Origin: Blasia pusilla
Lineage: Eukaryota
Direction of reading: 5' to 3'
Assembly (NCBI GenBank): GCA_050084515.1
Contig: CM114271.1
Coordinates: 39,060,001-39,124,000, forward strand
DNA: 64,000 nt
Part shown: one piece after another, positions 1 to 11,765 of the stretch
Layout of the letters: each line of letters starts with the position of its first letter
Numbering within the stretch: position 1 is the first letter of the stretch
Notes under the pieces: model-generated
Seen by the model: the letters and a program-made list of their open reading frames with translations, nothing else
Databases searched by the model: none
What the model was told of the DNA's origin: nothing
Position numbers and translations under genes: made by a program

Positions 1-1076
1 GATGGGAGAAGCGAGTGCGACGACTCCTATTGTTGATGTTCAGGAGGGGCATGTGTCGAGCACGTTGTTGGGGGAGGCCATAGTTGTGTACCGCACTCCT
101 TTATTTTCTGCTTCCGATGTTATGACGTTGGGGGGTACGCCCGCCGAGGCTTTTCGGCTGGCCGCTTCACTATGTGAGCGGAGTTGGAGTTCTGCATCAC
201 GTTGAGGTGATTTGAGGAGGAGGTGATGGACCTGCCCTTGGGGGGCGGATGCCGGGCCGTCCATGTCGATTCATGGGAGGGTGCGGCTGCTAGGATGGCG
301 GAGATGCCCGCTAGACCCGCGATAGAGCGTGCCATGGCTTCTCCTGGTGTTGTGTTGTTGGATAACCAAAGAGAGGTCTTCGTTGGTGAGTCCCGGAGGT
401 AGAGCTTTTAGTCGGTAGCGTCTTGTTGATTAGGGGGCAGCGTCATTGAGGATTGGGCTTGCGAGCCGATGTGGAGCGTTGTCCATTCGGATCGGACATC
501 CTTGGGTGGAGCAAGTACCACACAATATATCACCCGCCAGAGGAGTGGGTGGTGATTCACCCGGGATATCCTGAGATGAGTCCGTGAGTGCGCGCCAAAG
601 CGATAGTGGATCGATCAAGAGTCCCTCACGGCGTCTTGGTTGGTGGAGCGATATTGTACCCGGCGGGGTTTTCCTGGATTCTTGGGAGGAGTTCCCCTGA
701 GACCAGGATGGCGTCGGTGATGGGCGCCTTAGCTCATTACCCGTTCGATTCACAGTGCGATGATCGAGCAGCGGCCATGAGAGATAGCGACCTTAGCGAG
801 CATTTAGTAGTGCCATCACTTGGCCTAGTGATTTGATTGAGGACATGTCCATCTGAGGATACTCCGTTCTTGACATTTCTATGGAGAGAGTGTTATGGTA
901 TTGCATCATTCCGTGGAGAGAGGTCTGTGGGACTCGAGAGCTTCAACGATTGGCGGATGAGCACGAGGCGTGGAGCGGCGTTTGCACCAGGCGTGACCGA
1001 GGAACCGAGGTAGCGAGGGAAGTGCTGATGACACCCTTGGATACCACACCCATTGTGTGGTGTACCGGAGAGGGTA

Positions 1077-1975
1077 TTCGAGTGTTAGATCTCTTTGGAG
1101 GGATTAGCACCAGGTTAGCTTCTTTGTTTTGAGTGCGAGTACAACAATACTGTATGTGGAGAGTGATGATGTTGCGGCGTGTCTCACTACGACATGTGGC
1201 GCAATTATGCCTCGTTTTCCCGACTTATTATCTGCGCGTCAGCGATCTGAGTACGAGTTCCCCTCTTGAGGATATTTTGTTGTTGGGGGCGCAGGACTTA
1301 GAGCGGGTAGGGACCATTGATTTGGTCATTGCGGTTGGCCATGTCGGGGCCAATCGAGTGCTCGATGAGGACGGGTTGGTGACACTCGGTCAGTTGTTTT
1401 GGGAGATGTTGAGGGTCTTCGGGATTTGAGAGCACGGTCTCGTTCTCGGCCTACATTCTAGAGAATGTGCCGATCTTAGGAGACTCAGTCACGGGTGGTG
1501 AGTGCTCATCAGTGCGTGCTGGATCGGCCAAGTGTTCTTGGATGTGGCGAGTGTAGGTTCTAGAGCCCATCGCTCGCGTCTATGGTGGACCAACTTGGTG
1601 CCCCATGCGGTGTTATGGAGGGCGTATCGAGTGGAGCGCCCCTCCCATTTGTTAGTGGATTCCATTTTGGATCCAGGTTGTCGATCACGAGCGGTGAGGC
1701 ACGATGATCGACCACCGTTGACGTGGAGGTAGGTAGGTGCGGGCGGCCTTGCCCAGTTGTGAGTTTTCCGCTTCTGTGCATACAAGGAGGCCGGTCCTGG
1801 CTTGGTTTGGGATGACCAGGTTCAGCGGTTGGTGGAGCCAACGCCCGACGAGAGAGAGCGAGCAATGGGATTTCCCACAGGAGTGACGGCAGTACCATCA
1901 GTGTGAGAGGCATCACGACGCCATGTCTTGGGTCAGCGATGGACTGAAGCGCTTGACATGGATCCTCACTTGGGA
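1077..1975 (+). pseudogene. DNMT3-like C5 cytosine methyltransferase domain in pol of copy 1 (frameshifted)
   Basis: Motif I IRVLDLFGGIST; IDLVIA followed by a frameshifted WPC; ENV codons at ~1462; DVASVGSRAHRSRLWWTN; ERAMGFP. Confidence 0.88.
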
Positions 1976-2379
1976 GTGGTGAGCGGCGTCATATGAGATC
2001 GCTGATCGAGATCACGGGTTGCATTGGTGAGCCCCATGCCCTACCGAGAGACGGTGGAGGCAAATGGGTGGGGGCGAGACCGAGGAGATCTACGCACCAC
2101 GGGAGATCGGAGAGACACCCTTGGACTTCTTGGGATGTTTTGCAGTGCACGCAAGGAGATGATAGCCACAACATTGAGCGTGGTTTGCAACGACGTGGAG
2201 GAGATCGAGTTTGCATTTGGTCAGAGGAGAGCGAGAGTGTTGTTGTTCGAGATGGGGTTGCACCATAGCAACCACCGATACCAGCGCGGAGAGTCCTACC
2301 GTAGTCACGATGGAGACTTGGGAGATATGGGCCCTAAGTTGTGGAGGAGGAGAGCGGCGCCGAATACATCGGTTCCTTA

Positions 2380-5330
2380 GTAATTATAGGAGCGCTGCGT
2401 TTAGCATGGAGGATTTGGGCATTTGAAGGGACCAGGGATCCGCATTGAGTTGTCGAGTGATATGCCGATCTTCCGCGACCCTACAAGTGATATGGAGAGG
2501 GCTCGATTGAGTAGGAGCGCACTTGGTGAGCGAGACTAGTGGAGATGTCGCATGGGGAGTATGCATTTGCCCCGTCATGCCCGCCAAGAAGGATGTGCAT
2601 GGCAACCGGCTGGGCGGATAGGCGGATGTGTGGGGATTACCAACCTATCAATCGGCAGACAAAGTCCGATAGGTATGCCATGCCCACCCGTGAGAGATCT
2701 TTCGATTGGTCACGCAAAGGTCTTGATTCATTGGATTGCGAGCCGGATACCATCCGCCTATCGATTGGAGGACAAGCGAAAAGCGGCATTTTGGGGCATC
2801 AATCCTCACGGGAAGGATTGTTTGTACCCGTGGCGGTTCTTACCATTTGGGTTAAAGAACGCCCTGGCTGAGTTTCGAGAGGGTCATGGATAGGATCTTG
2901 GGTGGTCCGGATTTTGCTAGGTGTTATATTGATGACATCGTAGTCTTTAGCGCCACGGTTGAGGAGCATGAGCAACATCTAGAGGAGGTGTTTCGACAAT
3001 TGCAATTACATGGGCTGAAGCTACATCCGGCAAGTGCAAGTTCTTCTACGACCAGATTGAGTACTTGGGTCATACGATATACCCATGGGGCCTTGGTGTT
3101 TAGTAGACGAAGGTAGAGGCTATCTCACGCATTCCACGCCCTCAGATGTGAGCCGTGTTCGCGCATTCATCGGATTGGCGAACTTCTATCGGCGATCGTC
3201 AAGGGATTGATTCGATTGCGAAGCGGCAGTGACCTTGCTGACCAAGGTGGATCACGAGTGGCACAGGGGATGAGCAGGGAGCGAGCATTTCGATTGCTCA
3301 GGACGAGTTGGCGTCGCACCCATCTTGAGGAGACCGTCGGGCGTCCTTTCGATTGCACGATTGGAGGATGTTGGGGCTTGGAGCGGTGCTCACCCAAAGC
3401 ATGATCATGAGGGTAGAGAGTTCGTGGTGGCTTACGCTAGCCGCTCAAACAACGGCAGGTAGAGGCGGCTCGTATGAGGGTGAGTGCTTGGCTGTGGTGT
3501 GGGCTGTCGCGCATTTCAGGTGTTACTTATTCGGCAACCCCTTTACCATCATCACTGATCATCAACCACTGAAGTGGTTGATGGAGTCCGACAAGCTTAC
3601 AGGGAAGCTTGCAAGATGGGCTCTGTTGTTGCAAGAGTATGATTTTCAGGTGGTACATAGACCTGGGACGCTCAACCATGATGCAAATGGGTTGAGTCGT
3701 AACCCATGCCCGAGTCAGCGAGATGTGACTGGTGCTCGATGGCATGGAGAGAGTGATGAGGAGTCGGTGCCAGGATGGCACGCGTCAGCCTATTTAGGCA
3801 TGTTGGATATGGAGAGCTAGAGTGTGGAGACTTCGATGGCGAGGTCTAGTGGAGAGTCCTTGGATCCCGAGGCCAGTGAGGACACGACAAGTAGTCAAGA
3901 TATTCATGATGATGGAGTAGTCTTAGAGTACCTTCGTACTGGCAGCCTTGCGAGCACCATGGATGCTAGAGAGCGGGATCGGATCCTACAGCGGGCCAGA
4001 CGGTTCCGTTGGGAGGGGACACATGTTTTGAGGGTTTGGAAAGATGGCAGAGTACGCGTAGTGCCGCATCCTTCGCAGAGAGCACGACTAGTGGAACATG
4101 CCCACGAGGAGTTGGGTCACTTTGGGGTGAAGCGGACGTATAGCTTGCTCGATTCGTATTGGTGGCGAGGCATGCAGACCGGCGTTCAGCAGATTTGTTG
4201 CCAGGTGCATGGTGTGTGATCGGGTCCGAGCATCGTTCAATGCTCCGACTCCGATTGCATCCATTACCGATCATGGGCTTAGGGTATAGATGGATTTTGG
4301 ATTTTGCAGACCTTTGCCCTTGACGGAGCGTCCACGTCGTTATGTGTTGGTGATGGTGAGCACTTCTCGAAGTGGATCGAAGTTGGTTGCATTGCACGAC
4401 AAAGCGAGTGAGGGAGTAGCTTATGCCTTCCTTGACAGAGTCGAGTCATTATGACGCCGGCCGGTGGTGTTGACGGACCAGGGTACCGAAGCGTGGTGAG
4501 TTCCAGGCCTTGTGTGATGGCGTTGATCGACCACCGCGACGACGACCGCGAGATCATCCCGAGGCGGATGGACTAGCGGAGAGTTGTCTGAGCGGTGAAG
4601 AGGATTTACGCAAGTATGGCTTGCAGAGAGGTCACCTAGAGATTGGGACCTCCGGTTGCCATGGTTGGCAATGGAATACAGATTCAGTGGCGGGCATCCT
4701 GGCGTCTTTTTCACCGTACTTGCTACTTTATGGCGAGAGCCATATTTACCTGCGGCCATTCGTCGAGATCTTTGGTGAGTCTTTGGACCTTGATGACCCG
4801 GATGTATGGGTGCGAGCATGTTCTCGGAGGGCTGAGTTATTTCGAGAGTGATGCCCATGGCGTTCGAGAACTTGGCGATTGCACAAAGATCGGGATACGT
4901 TGAGGTATGCGACTATTCGGGTGGTGGTTATCGACCAACTATCCCGGAGGTTTGATTAGGGAGATTATGTCTACTTGCAGCGAAGAAGACACCCACGCGT
5001 TGGATATGATGCAGGCGCACTATCCCCGAGAGTGCGTGACATTTTGCCATCGGGTGTTCTCTTGCTGGAGGGACGCGATGGTATGGTATGGAAGGACCAT
5101 GTGCATAATTGTGCGCCATGTCACCTTCCTAACATTGATGGTACAGTAGATCCGAGCTTAGCAATAGTTCCTATAGGCTTGCGTTGTATGTTGTGTGGTT
5201 CGCGTGGTGTGGGCGATGCTAGTTGTGATGGGTGTTCGAGAGGATGGCATATGGCATGTTTGACGCCACCTCTCACTAGGGTTCCTCGTGGGGCGATGGA
5301 TGTGTCCCAGGATGTACATAGAGTAGGTAG
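2380..5330 (+). pseudogene. pol: RT-RNase H-integrase-PHD part of pol, copy 1, many frameshifts
   Basis: ORFs 2539-2893, 2886-3116 (YIDD), 3353-3820 (RNase H), 3824-4219 (integrase Zn finger), 4510-4851, 4975-5445 (PHD). Confidence 0.92.
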
Positions 5331-5501
5331 TTCTACATTCCGACTTGTGTCTGTGACATGGATGACAAGAAGGCGACTAACGATGGGGCCACATGAGCAC
5401 CCGGCCTTCTTGCTCTTAGCATCCGAGAGATGTATGTCATGGTAGGTAGGGATAGATGGCTATCTGGAGTTAGAGGGACCTAACCACCAACTAGGGGGGC
5501 G

Positions 5502-6272
5502 ATTGGAGATATTTTGGTACTTCTTGTCTCGTTGTTTGGATGCCATGAGTTAGCATGGGATCATGCGTGTTTGTGTGTGTGTTCGGTGACAGCGATGTAT
5601 GTTGTGTAGCGATGTGTATGCGCACGACAACTATCACGTCTTTTAGGATAGATCGGTGAGATCTAATAGAGCGCCTTCGTGAGTAATGGAGGACACGCTC
5701 AATAGGTTGCGAATGACCTGCTGAGGCCCCGGGAAACCTGAGAGAGCCGGTTTCCCCTTCGCTTCGGCTCATTTGGAGCCATATTAAGGAACTTACTATT
5801 TTAGGTAAGTATCATTTTGAGTATATGATCGACTTTCTATTTTTGGTAAGTGGCCCTTGACCTCCTATATCAGGTCAAGAGCCAAGGAGGTGACTTGGGA
5901 GAATAGGTTACCATGGAGAGAGCTTGGGAGAGGGGAGGGGTATACCTCAAGGAGAGAGAGCTTGAGAGCTCATTCTCTCTTTATTGAACCTCTTGGCATG
6001 AGGCGGCGGAGCTATGGTACCTTGCCTTGTGAGTGTAACCCAAGCCTCTCATTAGGAGAGTGGGTTTGGTTTGACATGAGAGAGAGTGCACACCTTTGAG
6101 AGCTATGGTGTGAGATGGTGGAGAGAAAGATTGGATCCTACTTTATTGGAGATATTTTGGTACTTCTTGTCTCGTTGTTTGGATGCCATGAGTTAGCATA
6201 GGATCATGCGTGTTTGTGTGTGTGTTCGGTGACAACGATGTATGTTGTGTAGCGATGTGTATGCGCACGACA
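5502..6272 (+). repeat. Terminal repeats of copy 1: B1 5502-5629, A2 5632-6144, B2 6145-6272; purine tract 5493-5501
   Basis: The 128 bp B unit (attggagatattttggtac...gcgcacgaca) occurs twice around a ~513 bp A unit. A matches 14111-14626 (reverse complement), the solo starting at 54351, and 58110-58625. Confidence 0.93.
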
Positions 6273-7465
6273 CGTGCCGGACGTTTGTAGGGGCTTACAT
6301 CTTGCCCACATCCGGCCCGTGGAGGCCTAGAGCCCGCGTCAAACCCGCATCTCGCACACCTGTCGCTCCTTTGCCCGTATCCTTCATCTGAGCTCACAAA
6401 GGAACAAATCCGTCGCATGGTACTCAAAGAGGGCGTAGGTGGATACAATATAACAAAGACTGATGGGCAACCCGTACCATGCACGAGAGTGAAGGGAGTA
6501 ATCATGTTAGACACAAAATATTTTTCTTGCTGCTCGTAGAGGAGGAAACATTTTCTTGTTGCCCGATTGCTACATTTCAAGCAGGGAAGTGTTTGCAAAT
6601 CAAGTAGGAACTCTCCAATAATAATATAGATTTGCAAGTTACTTCAATTAGAGGTGATGTTGTGCAATTAAAAAGATATATTTATTTACGCCAATATTTT
6701 AAACTAATTTATCATCATTTTGTCAATGTACAATCTTTATTTTGGTATCCACCATGGAAATACTTCCCATTATAAAGGAGATTTGGATGGATTCGAAATG
6801 AGTAAAATGAAATGAGATTTGAAAGAGTCTATGAAATAGCTGAAATGGATATAAAGTAAAAAATTGAGCTTAAGATTTGTTGAAATGTAGGGATTATATA
6901 TGTGCCACGGCCAGCGAAGTGGCTAGAGCATTCATGGTTGCATTCAACTTTAATAAACCACTTAGCAAACATTCATGCAATTTGCTATCGCATTTTTATG
7001 ATTGCATTTAGCAACTTCATGTGCAAATCTAAATTTCTCTTGATCAACATTTCTCCAAGTAAGGATGCTCGTTTTAGCAAAAAAAATGGTGTGACATTTA
7101 TATTATTATTGAAAACCCCATGTATGCAATAAAACAAAAAAATTAGAATAGAAGACAAAATAGTAACACGAGTACAATTTTGTATGTTATTTCACGTTTG
7201 ATGTTTTGGAAAATGAATTTGAATAGGGTAATAATTTAATCAATTAATTAACAATTTAATTAGTGGATGTTATGTTGGTGAGACCAATGAAGTAAAAATT
7301 AAACATTATGTAAAATTTTATGGAAAAATGGAGATAATGGGGAATAAGATATTATTTAAACTTTAATTGAAGAGTGGAATCTTATTATTCTTTTAAAATA
7401 GTGGAAGTTATATTTGAGTTTTGGAATACCACATATTCCTAAGTTATTTAAAGAAAATTTCCTGT

Positions 7466-7692
7466 TCAAGTACGAGATAACTAGTGTCTACTACTTTTTG
7501 GGCATACTTTTTGACTTTCGCATCCTTCTCAAGCACGAGATAACTAGTGTACTAATTGATTGGGCATACTTTTTGATTATCGCATCCTTCTCAAGCTGCA
7601 GATAACTAGTGTCTACTAATTGATTGGACATATTTTTTTATCATCACATCCTTCTCAAGCACCATATAATTAGTGTCTACTAATTGATTGAG
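7466..7692. repeat. Tandem repeat, ~63 bp unit, ~3.5 copies; a ~96 bp-period duplication follows at ~7795-7955
   Basis: Recurring caagcacgagataactagtgtctactaattgattgggcatacttttt...catccttct; cccatgcacactaaatgaaaagatgtttgaagaatt occurs twice. Confidence 0.8.
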
Positions 7693-8753
7693 CTTAATTT
7701 TTTAACTATACTAATTCTATCTTCATACTAGTTCTATCTCCAATTACTAGTAAGATGCCCATGTGATCTTGCTACACTCATGTTCCATAATAATTCTAAC
7801 CACAATCATTAGTAAAATACCCATGCACACTAAATGAAAAGATGTTTGAAGAATTAATATTAATATTTAACCTTGGTCTTCCATAATGACTCTAACCCCA
7901 GTCACTAGTAAAATGCCCATGCACACTAAATGAAAAGATGTTTGAAGAATTTATACAAATGTATAAATCAATGGCATTACATACAAATTCAAAAAAATTT
8001 GAAACATGAAACATTTTTTTCGGCTAAATGTGGGGAGAGTCTTGTCATTGGTGATAAGACTCTCCCAATATCAAGAAGGCGCACTCCTATAATAATTTAA
8101 GGAGATGGTGAGATAAGCCAACAGACTCAACCAGTTGACACTTTGCAAGAACTTCGACCATAAGCGAAGAGTTAACGATTGACGAGAGCGACGTTTGCCG
8201 CTCCGTCCATTTGCATTATAAACATGATACCCGTAACTTCGAATTGAGCTGTGAAAAAGCTAGTATTCCATATGTACGATGGATTTTGTGAACTGTTGGT
8301 TTTCTAGTTTCAAGACGGACGCATATCGTCGATGCTATACGTCTTGAAATCCTACGGAAATTTGACCTCAGTCGACTCGACATACGTCCCCTCGAATTCT
8401 TGCGTTTCTACGTTTCTACATGACTGGAACTTGCGGCTACACCAGGGTCATATCTATTCTAGACTTCGGAAAGTGTCTTTCAAATTTGACGTGAAAGATA
8501 TTTTTCTGCGCTTCCCGGCGTCCAGGGCAATTTGAACATTCCCTTCCAGTCAAGATCATGGAAGAGATGCTCCGAAAACAATGTGAATCGTTTGAAACTC
8601 CTTAATGTCCACACTCATCTTGATGAACATGACCTCTGTCTAAGAAACCCTAATGATTTCGATACCGAATCGTGACATTTTCGAAGCTGGGCACAGCAGA
8701 AGATTACCCTCCTCGGCGCCACACTATGAACACACACAATTCCTAGCTGGGTT

Positions 8754-10244
8754 TTACCTGTTTTTTAGCATGTACTTGCGGATTTGGAAGGCTCCGCCAA
8801 TCAAGGATGAGACCAGGAATAAAGTGTTGAAGCGCCGAGTGAAGTCCGCCACTCGACCCACCGATATCATTACAATTCGCTTGATGCTGTTTCTCTTGTT
8901 GTGCGCATTCTTCACGAAATCTGGGGACGCCTCCTGCACTCGTCTGGCAAAAATCAGGCAGGACACTCGGCTCTTCAATCCCCGCTTCACCGACTGCTTC
9001 TTCTTGGTCGGCATCCGCTGAATCCTTGTATCAACTTCCTTTAACCACTTCTGCTTCTTTGACGGTGACTGTCTATTGAGCCATTTCACGTTCAGAGAGG
9101 CGTGGCACACTTCAACCTTGGGGGGGCGGGGTATGTCGTTCGAAGTCGACTCTCCAGCGTCCACCATCGCCTTCGTCATCTCGGAAGATTGGATGGCGAA
9201 AATGTTGTCGATGTAGCTGAGAAGCGTGTGTTCTCTAACTGCATCCAGGGAAGAAATTCCGAAGTGAAAGTTGAGATGATGCTCTGTAGTCCACTTGTTC
9301 ACATCGGCGTACTCGAGCTTGCTGGTTTCCGTATCCAGGAGGACCATGTGGCCGGCGAAAGCGTAGCCGTAGCCGGATTGGTGAGAGAGAGCTAGAGCTA
9401 GCGCGCGATGGATAACGAACTGGAGAATTCCTGGGACCCATCTCAGCGCCTGAGATCCTAATGCCACCAGAGGGATACGTTCCGGCTTGATCCGGAGGCG
9501 AGGGTTCACTAACTGGACGACTAGGAAGATGACTCTGGAAATGGATACCAAATCACCCCACGGACCTGCATGAAGGCCATACCACACGGAGTAGAGAGTG
9601 TAGCATAGCGGCATTAATTTCGGCACAATGTCGTTGCGAGAAACGATGTGCACAAAATGGTGCTTGTAGCGCTTATTGATGTAGCGAGCCAGCTCCGTGT
9701 CTGCGAAAAATGGACACCCGAACGTGTAGCATTGAATTTGTTCATGGCACCACTTTCCTGTGGCCTCCAGTAGTCTCAGAGCCAGTAGGGACGCCACCGC
9801 GCCCCCTAATGAATGCCCTGTCAGGACAATTCTCTCGCCCCTGACCAGAAGCCTGCGAAAATATTCGAGTGGGATAGTCTTCGCCCGGTCTAGAAATCCT
9901 GCGTGCGCGGATCCAACTGCAAGGCTCATGGTTCTGTGAAGCAAGTGCAGATCTGTAAGAGCATCGTACACATCTACAGTCCCTCGGCACGCAACTACTA
10001 TGTGCCCTCCCGTCAAACTTCGCACTGTGATCATGGGTTGCTTACAGGTGGAGAAGCCGTTCGCTTGAAGCTCTTCTCCGCACACAAATTCATATTTAGC
10101 CGAAGGAGGCAGTCCATACTCTCTATCCATCACCCTCAGCTCTTCGGCTGGATCCTTTGCGTAGCTCACTGCTGAGAGTATGACCGCATCTACCAGCCAA
10201 AGAGGATGCCGATCATCCCGGATGATCTTTCCTAACGATGCCAT
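8754..10244 (-). CDS. Class 3 lipase (alpha/beta hydrolase) family protein; extra 5' exons possible
   Basis: Intact 496 aa ORF with VACRGT, AHAGFL, nucleophile elbow TGHSLGG, YTFGCP and NDIVP. GT donor-like sites upstream (~10317, ~10902) hint at unresolved 5' exons. Confidence 0.88.
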   Translation of the reverse strand: MASLGKIIRDDRHPLWLVDAVILSAVSYAKDPAEELRVMDREYGLPPSAKYEFVCGEELQANGFSTCKQPMITVRSLTGGHIVVACRGTVDVYDALTDLHLLHRTMSLAVGSAHAGFLDRAKTIPLEYFRRLLVRGERIVLTGHSLGGAVASLLALRLLEATGKWCHEQIQCYTFGCPFFADTELARYINKRYKHHFVHIVSRNDIVPKLMPLCYTLYSVWYGLHAGPWGDLVSISRVIFLVVQLVNPRLRIKPERIPLVALGSQALRWVPGILQFVIHRALALALSHQSGYGYAFAGHMVLLDTETSKLEYADVNKWTTEHHLNFHFGISSLDAVREHTLLSYIDNIFAIQSSEMTKAMVDAGESTSNDIPRPPKVEVCHASLNVKWLNRQSPSKKQKWLKEVDTRIQRMPTKKKQSVKRGLKSRVSCLIFARRVQEASPDFVKNAHNKRNSIKRIVMISVGRVADFTRRFNTLFLVSSLIGGAFQIRKYMLKNR

Positions 10245-11765
10245 GCTGCCGATTCAGAGGCGATCTGCCCTTTCTTGCTGGTACGATATCACAGTCGTCA
10301 AACCCGATTCAACTTACCATCGGTTGCAAAACACAATTCAACTTCAGTGTCGTTGTCATGTGTTTCAGCTTCCGGCAAACGCTGCACCTGTCATAAACTC
10401 TGCGCACCTCTCGGGGCAGGATCAACCCTCAAATCACCTGGCACAGAGTGCACGTCCCATCCTGCCCAATCATTTTCGTCTGCAAGGCTCCTACAACGGC
10501 TGGATTCAACCCAAGAAACCTTCCTACAGCGTGGATGGGACGTACAGAAAAGTGTCTCGTTTACGATTCTGCTAATTTCTCCGCTGCATCCTAAAATCTG
10601 CACACCCCACTGTACACCTTCAGCAGGAATCCCAGTTTCTTGCCCAATTTGAAGTGCCTTCGTAGTCGGAAAGTCGGACAATTTGCCAGGGAAGAATCAC
10701 TCTCTTCCCATCGCCAACTGCATCGCGAGAACGAATAAAGTAAAGCAGATGGAACAACTCTTTCCAACAGCACAAAGTCAATGAGGCTATAGGGCAGAGT
10801 GCCGAGACATGATGAAAAACTTTACCAATTCAAATTGTCCAGCACCGTCTCGCGGTTCGATCAGGCACATATATTAACAGTATCCACATTACAACAACTC
10901 ACTTCAGGATAATAACTTTGAGGGCTTCCACTTCCGTTCACGCTGGGTCTGGTAGTCCTTGGTACGGCGTCTAGATGAGCATTCAGCACAAAGAATCCGA
11001 CATACCTGACAGAGCGATCCCCATCTGCACAATCGTCTCTCCGAATCGTCTCTGCCTGCAGTCCTGAGCCCGCCTTCGCGGCACCGGCGGCTTCCTGCCA
11101 AGCTCTTGGATGGCTACTGCGGAACAGTCCATCTCCTCGGCGTCACACACATGTTCTTCTATCAATTGAAGAAGAGAAGGGGAGAGATGTGCGAGTCAGC
11201 CTGCGGAAGAGATCTCCAGGTGAGGGGAGAACTAACAGATTTCGCTCCTGCAAGCGCTAGATAAGAGAACGAGCGATTGAGGCCTCAAGAAGCGCGGGTG
11301 CTACCTAGCGAAGCGTGTCTCGCGTGACACGAGCTCACGATGGGCTCGAACTTCGAGAGAGCGGAGTTGGGTCCACAGCAAAGTCCTTAGGTGTCATGTG
11401 GTCTTCCGCAGCCTAGTTCCGCAAAACTGTGTCTTTTCCTCTCAAAGCTGTTTCTTTTTCTCTGCTTCTCGCACCCACACTAAAGTGAACAGGCAATCGG
11501 ATCGGTGCCATGACTGCCATCCATTCTTCCGCGCCGCCCCTTTCTCAAGGAGAGAGAGTCAATTAGACATAGTTCATTCGGAAAGCGTATTGAATCCAAA
11601 AGTGTGGATTCTCTTAAATTTATTAGTTAGTGCCCTTATTAGTGCCCTCCCGTCGTTTTTTTCCCTCTTCGTATAGACTATCCACGTGTCTTACACGTGT
11701 TTATAAAATTCTCTCTCCTCAGAACCCTCTCAAAGGGCCGCACACTCGTTACACTTATCCTCTCC

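Larger units (their letters stand above)
1..6272 (+). mobile_element. Gypsy-type DNMT3/PHD retroelement, copy 1 (5' part outside the window), ending in B1-A2-B2 split repeats
   Basis: ORF fragments in order: protease region, VLDLFGGI, AHRSRLWWTN, RT (RMCGDY, LPFGLKNA, YIDDI), RNase H (YEGECLAVVWA, TDHQPLKWL), integrase (HEELGHFG), PHD (CDGCSRGWHMACL). Colinear with copies at 14-19 kb and 58-63 kb. Ends ...CACGACA at 6272. Confidence 0.93.

Noticed and set aside
5857-6099. Small conserved ORF repeated at 14157-14345 and 58391-58579
   Set aside because: Lies within the A repeat, and its frame and start differ between copies, so the recurrence only reflects repeat identity.
5502-6272. DIRS/Ngaro tyrosine-recombinase element, suggested by the split repeats
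   Set aside because: No tyrosine recombinase motifs seen; pol has a gypsy HHCC/DDE integrase and insertions have TSDs.
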